A stretch of DNA of 64,000 bases from the NCBI GenBank assembly GCA_965202725.1, contig OZ241845.1, forward strand, positions 794,640 through 858,639. The letters run 5' to 3'. A program made the position numbers and the translations under genes. Shown here in pieces: positions 57,970 to 64,000 of this stretch (its first letter is position 1; every line of letters starts with the position of its first letter). Source of the stretch: Candidatus Poribacteria bacterium. Lineage in GTDB: Bacteria; Poribacteria; WGA-4E; WGA-3G. The notes under the pieces were generated by a model. The model did no database searches. It saw only the letters and a list, made by a program, of their open reading frames with translations, and was not told the origin of the DNA.

Positions 57970-60620
57970 AGGGCCTCCCCTTTAATATCGGTCCCATAAA
58001 TCCATTCGCGGATAGTTCGCGTTTCATCGTCTAAATTCTCTTGGAGAAAAGCGTCGCGTGTATAAATGACCTTATATTCAAAGTGAACATCTGGCTGTAA
58101 ATTTTTCAGACGTTCCACTGCCTTCTCTTTTGCTACGACGGTAGGGTCCCCGCGTTCACTTTCAGACTTAATCTCAACAATGTAGAATTCTCCAGTGTTC
58201 TTGACGATAACAAAATCAGGAAAATAGCGGTGATAATTGTTATCAGCCCCCTTGTATTCAAAGTGAAAATCGGTTTTCTTGGTATTCGTTAAACTTCCAG
58301 TAAACAGCAACATTTTGATATCTGCAACGGATTGATTCAACGTTGCCAACACCTTCTTAAAGAAGTTCTGTTCGGGGCTACTATCAAAATTGTAAGGCGT
58401 ATAGTGATAACTCACATCGTGGTTGTCATCTAAGTCACATTCACTGAGCAACAGGTCAATTTTGCTCTTGCGCACACGTACCTTGTGAACATAACAGTTC
58501 TCAACCGCATCCTTTTCAAAAAGAGGATTGCCATCGTCATCGTGGGTACGGATAAGGGCAAGGTGTTTCGTAATCGTTTCCTCAATCACTTCGTAATTTT
58601 GCTGCTGTTCTTCCACCTGTTTACATAGCGAATAGTAGTGTTTGGCTGGAACCTGCCCCTCTGGATAGAGGCTTTTGAGACTTTTAAGTGTTTCCATCGC
58701 AGAGAGGTGATAGTTTGTAGCAAGTCGTCTCGCCAGCGTGTAACAATCGGTTGTTTGATTAGCAATTTCAACCTCGTCCTGCGTTCCTAACGTTGTTAGC
58801 GGTGAAGCACCGCGATGCGTAAAATCAGGGGTTAGAATGCTGCGAAAAGCAGGCGGAGTCTTCTCAACGTCTGCTGTAGGGAGATGGAGCTGAATCTTTT
58901 TAGGTGCTGTTTCCAATGGCACAACCCGGCGCACCCATTGCATAATTTTTAATTTTGGCAAATCAGGCTTGCGAATGCGCAGTGCGATATCTTGTGTTTC
59001 TGCGTCTTGTGCGCGGAGCTCACCGAGCGTAGTCCCAAAGTTTGCCTGTAGCTCTCTATCCAAAATCGCACTGTTTTTCCTATCCAAAAATATTTTTGCA
59101 GTGTGGGTGTTGCCTTTCACTTGACGGAGACATCGGGTTGAGGCTTGCAAAATAAAGTTGCTACTGGTTGTTTGTTCCTTAATAAGGGCGCAAGCGAATA
59201 GGCTTGGACAATTCCATCCTTCTGTCCCTTTACCAATAAGTAGAATGACACGTTTCTGACTGTCAGGATTGTTGAGGTGATTGAATTCATCAATTTCCTG
59301 CGGACTTGATTTTTGGGTATTGACAAGTATCTGAGTGGTACTCTCTCTCCTTTGGGTAAGTGCGTTTTGAATATGCTGATGGGAGGTATCCAAATGTTCT
59401 TGTGTCTTGAAGTAAAAGGCGATTTTCGCTTTCGCACCATTCGGTAAGGATACGTTGCCGTAGTTGTCAAAAAAATCGTTGATAACGTTACGCATCACGT
59501 CTGCATCAGGAATCGTTCCGATAGGGTATTGAACAATGCCGTTGTGAAGACTTTTGAGAATGTTGTCCTTAATTCCTTCCCCGAGACTGTACCATGCCAC
59601 AACCTCTCTGAGCATCTGCCGTTTGGCGTAAGGCGTGCCAGTGGTATTGATTACAGCTACGAGAGACGTTTTCTCATGTATGTAGTTAACCGTCTCGCGC
59701 ACCCGTTTAAGCTCTGCGTCTATCTTGTTGCCGTAGGTATGATGTGCCTCATCTGAGAAGACCCCTAACCGGGGCAGGCTTGTAATTTTTTGGAGGCGGA
59801 GATTGGCTTCTAATTCCGCTTGTTCCTTCTTCTCTGCGAATTCTAATTCTGTCTGATTACGCCGTTTTCTCACATGTGCTCGAAGCGCGATTTTCTCAGT
59901 GTTTGTGACAACGACGTTGTAACTACTATTGGTTTGAACTTGAATGTCTTTCGCACCTGCTTGTGGATAGGTAATCTTGAGGTTGGCCAAAAAATCGCGG
60001 TGTAGACTGGCAGGTAGAACCTGATCAAATGGTATATCGCTAATCTCGCGTAGACTTTCGATAATGGTTGTACCGGGGGCGAAGACGAGGGCGTTCTTCA
60101 TGAAGTCGCCCTCAGGATAACGGAGCGCCATCGCGAATTCGGTTGCGATAATGGTGCCGATAAGCACAGTCTTGCCGGTGCCCATTGCCAGGGCGAAGAT
60201 ATAACTCGGATACGGGAGTGTGACAGCCTCGTAGACAGGGTCAATTCGCTTCTGTTTAACGAATTCCGGGGTGTTTTCTACCAAGTTAAGGATCGCGTCA
60301 ACATCTCTAATCAAGATCAGTTCTTGGGGAGAGATGGGGATACCGAAGGCTTCGCAGAAATCACGTATATCGTCAGTGTCGTAGTAATGCCTATAGAGTT
60401 TGACAATATGCGGGGTTTTTAGCACTAATCGCAGGTACCAATAGAGTTCCAGTGATTGGAATTGCGGGTGGCGGAGGTATTTGAGGGAGATTTCCTCCGG
60501 TGGCTCGCCTTCACATTGATAGCGCAGAATCTCACCGATAAGGGGATACTCTGGACAGGGGTATCCTGTATTGCGCCAGTTGAGTGTGTCGTCGCGCAGT
60601 TTTTCAAAAAGGTGTTGCAT
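57966..60620 (-). CDS. Type III restriction enzyme Res subunit (SF2 helicase-like ATPase + C-terminal PD-ExK nuclease)
   Basis: Walker A ALAMGTGKTVLIG. DEAH box VFSDEAHHTYG. C-terminal D-x-EIK (DFVIVKNTGEFYIVEIKSE). 884 aa. Confidence 0.65.
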   Translation of the reverse strand: MQHLFEKLRDDTLNWRNTGYPCPEYPLIGEILRYQCEGEPPEEISLKYLRHPQFQSLELYWYLRLVLKTPHIVKLYRHYYDTDDIRDFCEAFGIPISPQELILIRDVDAILNLVENTPEFVKQKRIDPVYEAVTLPYPSYIFALAMGTGKTVLIGTIIATEFAMALRYPEGDFMKNALVFAPGTTIIESLREISDIPFDQVLPASLHRDFLANLKITYPQAGAKDIQVQTNSSYNVVVTNTEKIALRAHVRKRRNQTELEFAEKKEQAELEANLRLQKITSLPRLGVFSDEAHHTYGNKIDAELKRVRETVNYIHEKTSLVAVINTTGTPYAKRQMLREVVAWYSLGEGIKDNILKSLHNGIVQYPIGTIPDADVMRNVINDFFDNYGNVSLPNGAKAKIAFYFKTQEHLDTSHQHIQNALTQRRESTTQILVNTQKSSPQEIDEFNHLNNPDSQKRVILLIGKGTEGWNCPSLFACALIKEQTTSSNFILQASTRCLRQVKGNTHTAKIFLDRKNSAILDRELQANFGTTLGELRAQDAETQDIALRIRKPDLPKLKIMQWVRRVVPLETAPKKIQLHLPTADVEKTPPAFRSILTPDFTHRGASPLTTLGTQDEVEIANQTTDCYTLARRLATNYHLSAMETLKSLKSLYPEGQVPAKHYYSLCKQVEEQQQNYEVIEETITKHLALIRTHDDDGNPLFEKDAVENCYVHKVRVRKSKIDLLLSECDLDDNHDVSYHYTPYNFDSSPEQNFFKKVLATLNQSVADIKMLLFTGSLTNTKKTDFHFEYKGADNNYHRYFPDFVIVKNTGEFYIVEIKSESERGDPTVVAKEKAVERLKNLQPDVHFEYKVIYTRDAFLQENLDDETRTIREWIYGTDIKGEAL

Positions 60621-60659
60621 TAAGCATTTTTCCTGATTGGGTGTACAACTTCAGTGGCT

Positions 60660-60755
60660 ATTACGATTATACCATGCTTGCGTAAAATGACGGAGTTTGA
60701 GTCGGCTATTGATGATAGTAATCCGATTACGATTATACCATGCTTGCGTAAAATG
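60660..60755. promoter_or_regulatory. two 30-bp direct repeats (ATTACGATTATACCATGCTTGCGTAAAATG) in the res upstream region, candidate operator/promoter elements
   Basis: Copies at 60660-60689 and 60726-60755, 40-135 bp upstream of the res start codon. Confidence 0.3.
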
Positions 60756-60841
60756 GGCAAACCGAATCAATAGGTGACCCCAACTTCAAACGATTAGCCG
60801 CTCATATTTTCACGTTGTTTTGTGGGGTTCTCCGAAAAGCT

Positions 60842-61432
60842 TTAATCGGGAAATGTGACACGCGCGTATATTTCCTGCAAAGGCAATTCGCACGGGGTAG
60901 AAGAGAGGTGCAGGATTTCGTCAAGTCTTTGGAAATCAGTGAGAACCCACTGTTTTTCTTCACGACGGTAATGCTCAACACAAATCTTGTCTTGGGCAAC
61001 AAGGATGTATTCCTGTAATGATGTGAGTTGGCGATAGTGAGCAAATTTTTCGCCTCTGTCGTACGCTTCTGTTGATGGAGAAAGCACCTCTACAACGACA
61101 ATCGGGTTCAGGAGCATGTCAAAAATATCGCCTTCAAAGCGCGGTTCTTCACAGACAACACCGACATCGGGATAAAAATAGGATCGTGCTGTGGGTATGC
61201 TGATACGCATATCGTTGGCGAAAACGACACAATCAGTGCCTTGCAAGCTGGTATGCAATCTCACAGAAATGTTCATTGTTATCAGGTTGTGTGCGAAACT
61301 TGCTCCGGGCATAGGAATAACTTCTCCATTCATATACTCGTGTCTAACTATTTCTGAATCGGGAATAAATTTGCGTTCAAAAGCAATATATTCTTCGGGT
61401 GTGAGGTGGGTTTGTGCTGCAGGGGTTGCCAT
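60842..61432 (-). CDS. Uma2-family (DUF820) PD-(D/E)xK putative endonuclease
   Basis: EEYIAFERK...EYMNGEV N-terminus and ...PDVGVV...IVVVEVLSPSTEAYDRGEK...EY match the Uma2 pattern. Confidence 0.6.
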   Translation of the reverse strand: MATPAAQTHLTPEEYIAFERKFIPDSEIVRHEYMNGEVIPMPGASFAHNLITMNISVRLHTSLQGTDCVVFANDMRISIPTARSYFYPDVGVVCEEPRFEGDIFDMLLNPIVVVEVLSPSTEAYDRGEKFAHYRQLTSLQEYILVAQDKICVEHYRREEKQWVLTDFQRLDEILHLSSTPCELPLQEIYARVTFPD

Positions 61433-61606
61433 GATTCTCCTCCAGAAATTCTTAGTGATTCTATTATAGCACAGTTGTTCACAATTTTTCTTGCAAAAAT
61501 TGTGAACGCCAGTTATAATACCGCAATAAAGTACCGAATCACATATCAGATTTTAATATAGGTGCTAATAACAACTTGCATGATTTCTATATGGAGGAGA
61601 AAAAAC

Positions 61607-62932
61607 ATGAAAAAGGTTCGCATAAGTCTGGGCTTAGTGTTGATATTTGCACTTGCGTTCGTGAGTATCTCGAAAGCGGATAACCATCAATCGCAATCCT
61701 TAACCATTGTCTGGGCAGAATGGGATCCCGCTAATTATCTGCAGGAACTCTCGAAAGACTTTACCGCTGAAACGGGTATTGCTGTTGATGTTGTCCAGAT
61801 TCCGTGGGCGAATTTCCAAGATAAAGTTTTCACGGCTTTTGTCGGGAAAAGCGATCTTTATGACATCGTTATTGGAGACAGTCAATGGCTCGGTCGGAAC
61901 TCCCAAGGCGGAAACTATATCAATCTCACCGATTGGATTAACGAAAATATTGACGTGGATTCTATCTATGGCCCCGCGATGACAGCGTTTGCCGAATATC
62001 CAAAAGGTAGCGGCACGTACTGGGCACTACCTGCCGAAGTCGATGCCGCTGGCTACGTCTATCGCAAAGACCTATTTGAAGATCCAAAAGAAATGGTGGC
62101 GTTCCAAGAGAAGTATGGCTATGCACTTGCCCCCCCGACAACATACGACCAACTTCGCGATATTGCCGAATTCTTTACGCGTCCGGATCAAGACCTCTAC
62201 GGTATCGCAACTTGGTATAGCAAGGAATACGACGGTATTACCATGGGATTCCAACAGGTGATGTGGAGTTTTGGTGGTACCTACGGCAATGCTGAAAATT
62301 ATAAGGTTGATGGATATATTAACACGGAAGATACTGCGAAAGCACTTGAATTCTACACCGACCTGCTCCAGTTTGCACCCCCTGATGCACCGAATTACTA
62401 TTGGTCAGAGACGCTTTCTGCTTACACCGCAGGAAAAGTCGCTATGGCAATGAATTATTTCGCTTTCTTCCCGGGGGTCATAAATGCTGATGTGAATCCC
62501 GTTTCCCACGACAAGAGCGGTTTCTTTTTAGCACCCGCGGGCCCGAAGGGACACTATATCAGCATCGGTGGGCAAGGGATGTCCATCTCTGCCTATTCCA
62601 AAAACAAGGCCCTTGCCAAGCAGTACATGAAATGGTTTATGCAGAAACCTGTCCAGGAGAAGTGGGCAGTACTCGGCGGTTTCACCCCACACAAAGAGGT
62701 GTTGCAGTCCGATACATTTAAAACAGCAACCCCCTTTAACGAAGCTTTCGCTGCGAGTTTCCCCTACCTTCGCGATTTCTGGGCGGTGCCGGAATATGCA
62801 GAACTTTTGGCAGTCTGCCAGACGAACTGGAGCGCAGCTATCTCCAAAATCAAGTCCGCGAAAGAGGCACTTGACACCATCGCAAGGAAGCATGAGGAAA
62901 TCTTTGAGGACGCAGGGTATTACGACGAGTAA
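61607..62932 (+). CDS. ABC transporter substrate-binding protein (family-1 sugar/solute-binding protein)
   Basis: Signal peptide MKKVRISLGLVLIFALAFVSISKA, ~440 aa, family-1 extracellular solute-binding pattern. GGAGGAG RBS. Confidence 0.7.
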   Translation: MKKVRISLGLVLIFALAFVSISKADNHQSQSLTIVWAEWDPANYLQELSKDFTAETGIAVDVVQIPWANFQDKVFTAFVGKSDLYDIVIGDSQWLGRNSQGGNYINLTDWINENIDVDSIYGPAMTAFAEYPKGSGTYWALPAEVDAAGYVYRKDLFEDPKEMVAFQEKYGYALAPPTTYDQLRDIAEFFTRPDQDLYGIATWYSKEYDGITMGFQQVMWSFGGTYGNAENYKVDGYINTEDTAKALEFYTDLLQFAPPDAPNYYWSETLSAYTAGKVAMAMNYFAFFPGVINADVNPVSHDKSGFFLAPAGPKGHYISIGGQGMSISAYSKNKALAKQYMKWFMQKPVQEKWAVLGGFTPHKEVLQSDTFKTATPFNEAFAASFPYLRDFWAVPEYAELLAVCQTNWSAAISKIKSAKEALDTIARKHEEIFEDAGYYDE

Positions 62933-62977
62933 CGGGGTTGTTAACGTGAGTTTGAAAAAAGCGCTTTTGTGCGTATC

Positions 62978-63004
62978 GTAGGGGTTAGGAGACCTAACCC
63001 CTAC
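62978..63004. repeat. REP-like perfect palindrome GTAGGGGTTAGG-aga-CCTAACCCCTAC
   Basis: 12-bp stem, preceded by the AAAAGCGCTTTT palindrome. Possible terminator for the binding-protein gene. Confidence 0.7.
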
Positions 63005-63098
63005 GATAATGTTCAAACTTGTGTTTGTTACTCTTGCGTTATCGGTTTTAGGAGAACGGGTCTTTAGGTGTTGGTTATAACTTATAACCACAGAAAAT

Positions 63099-64000
63099 AT
63101 GCAAGTCAAATTTCCACACACAGCGTCCCGTGGGATGAGCGATTACCAATTGAAAATGGCATTTATCATGCCTACCATGGTTTTGCTCATCTTGATGAAC
63201 ATCTTTCCACTCTTGTGGTCGTTGTACTTGAGTTTCCACCGTTACAAAGCGTCTATGCCCGCTGCCCCGAGATTTATTGGTGTTCGTAATTATTCACGTC
63301 TCCTTGCCGACCCAGAGATTTGGGGCTACTTTCAAACGACGGCCTACTTTGTGATTCTTGCAGTCGCCGCACAATTCTGTATCGGATTCGGGTTGGCACT
63401 GCTCCTGAATCGGGACTTCCGGTATAAAGGCTTCGTTACAACGTTGCTCCTCCTTCCGATGATGCTCTCCCCGGTGGTGGTTGGGCTCTTTTGGCGGTTT
63501 ATCCTCTCTTCAGATAACGCCGGGCTGTTGAACTTCTTTCTCAGTCCTTTCCTAAAATCACCTATCGGTTGGACGACGAATCCGAAGGTGGCGATGTTAG
63601 CCGTTGTGATTGTGGACACATGGATGTGGTCTCCATTTATGATGCTGATCGCCTTAGCCGGATTGAGTGCTGTTCCGAAATACCTCTATGAAGCCGCCGA
63701 TGTCGATAGAGCCTCTGCCTGGTTCAAGTTTCGATGGATCACACTGCCGTTGGTCTCCCCGTTGCTGCTGATTGCGCTTCTCTTTAGAACCATGGATGCG
63801 TTTAAGATGTTCGACATCGTCTATGTCCTGACGCGTGAAGGCGGCCCCGGCACCGCTACGGAGACGGTATCCATGAACCTCTATAAACTTGCCTTTCGGA
63901 ACTATAATACAGGTAAAGCGTGCGCGATGGCATATATCTTACTCATTATTATTGTGGCACTGAGCAATATTTACGTAAAATACCTGAATCGCGTCAAGGG
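63099..64000 (+). CDS. ABC transporter permease (MalF/UgpA-like), 3' end beyond the window
   Basis: Reading frame open to the window edge. Translation contains the membrane-spanning segments and the EAA-loop sequence EAADVDRASAWFKF..ITLP. Confidence 0.6.
   Translation, partial: MQVKFPHTASRGMSDYQLKMAFIMPTMVLLILMNIFPLLWSLYLSFHRYKASMPAAPRFIGVRNYSRLLADPEIWGYFQTTAYFVILAVAAQFCIGFGLALLLNRDFRYKGFVTTLLLLPMMLSPVVVGLFWRFILSSDNAGLLNFFLSPFLKSPIGWTTNPKVAMLAVVIVDTWMWSPFMMLIALAGLSAVPKYLYEAADVDRASAWFKFRWITLPLVSPLLLIALLFRTMDAFKMFDIVYVLTREGGPGTATETVSMNLYKLAFRNYNTGKACAMAYILLIIIVALSNIYVKYLNRVK

Noticed and set aside
62528-63121. 197-aa minus-strand ORF
   Set aside because: It is antisense to the 3' end of the strongly supported ABC substrate-binding protein gene.

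Overview
This 64-kb window looks like bacterial chromosome. A Planctomycetes/Verrucomicrobia-like or 'Poribacteria'-like source is suggested by a CxxCH DUF1592-type protein followed by a twin-arginine (TAT)-signal DUF1552 protein, a formylglycine-type sulfatase, LamG/BNR/sialidase/PL-lyase secreted proteins, a giant adhesin built from Ig-like and lamin-tail domains, and Rpn/Uma2 nucleases. I found about 50 protein-coding genes and no rRNA, tRNA or CRISPR array.

Housekeeping and metabolic genes present: thrC, an OTCase-family carbamoyltransferase, ggt, thiE, an M29 aminopeptidase, a Gfo/Idh/MocA oxidoreductase, a PhyH dioxygenase, and an ABC sugar-uptake pair (binding protein plus permease).

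The most interesting content:
- An apparent Type III restriction-modification island at 50.8-61.4 kb. A single Res helicase-nuclease is followed by three tandem mod paralogues with near-identical ends and different central target-recognition regions. Two are intact and one is decayed. A PIN/AbrB toxin-antitoxin pair and a low-GC membrane protein are embedded in it, and an Uma2 nuclease sits upstream.
- A single-chain MmeI-like Type IIG/IIL restriction-modification enzyme at 4.2-7.3 kb.
- Both restriction-modification loci are delimited by copies of a composite dispersed repeat. Its parts are a 30-bp 'A' motif TTGTAGCATGGTTTCCTGTTAGGCTGTGCC, a GC-hairpin 'B' motif CCCCCTTGCTTGCGGGGGCGGG(G)nTAA with variable G-runs, and REP-like palindromes GTAGGGGTTRGG-NNN-CCYAACCCCTAC.
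- A short conserved C-terminal tail GKL[AT]T[TI]W[GA]x[IV][KR] is shared by four otherwise different secreted proteins. One of these loci has a cassette-like 'empty' copy, and another carries a homopolymer frameshift.
- A recent 1.2-kb tandem duplication of an Rpn-family nuclease gene, with a variable in-frame 12-bp repeat and a nonsense mutation in one copy.

Several intergenic repeats (a 61-bp x3 array, a MITE-like ~130-bp element) and two rho-independent terminator hairpins are also called. Coordinates of short motifs were counted by hand and may be off by a few bases.
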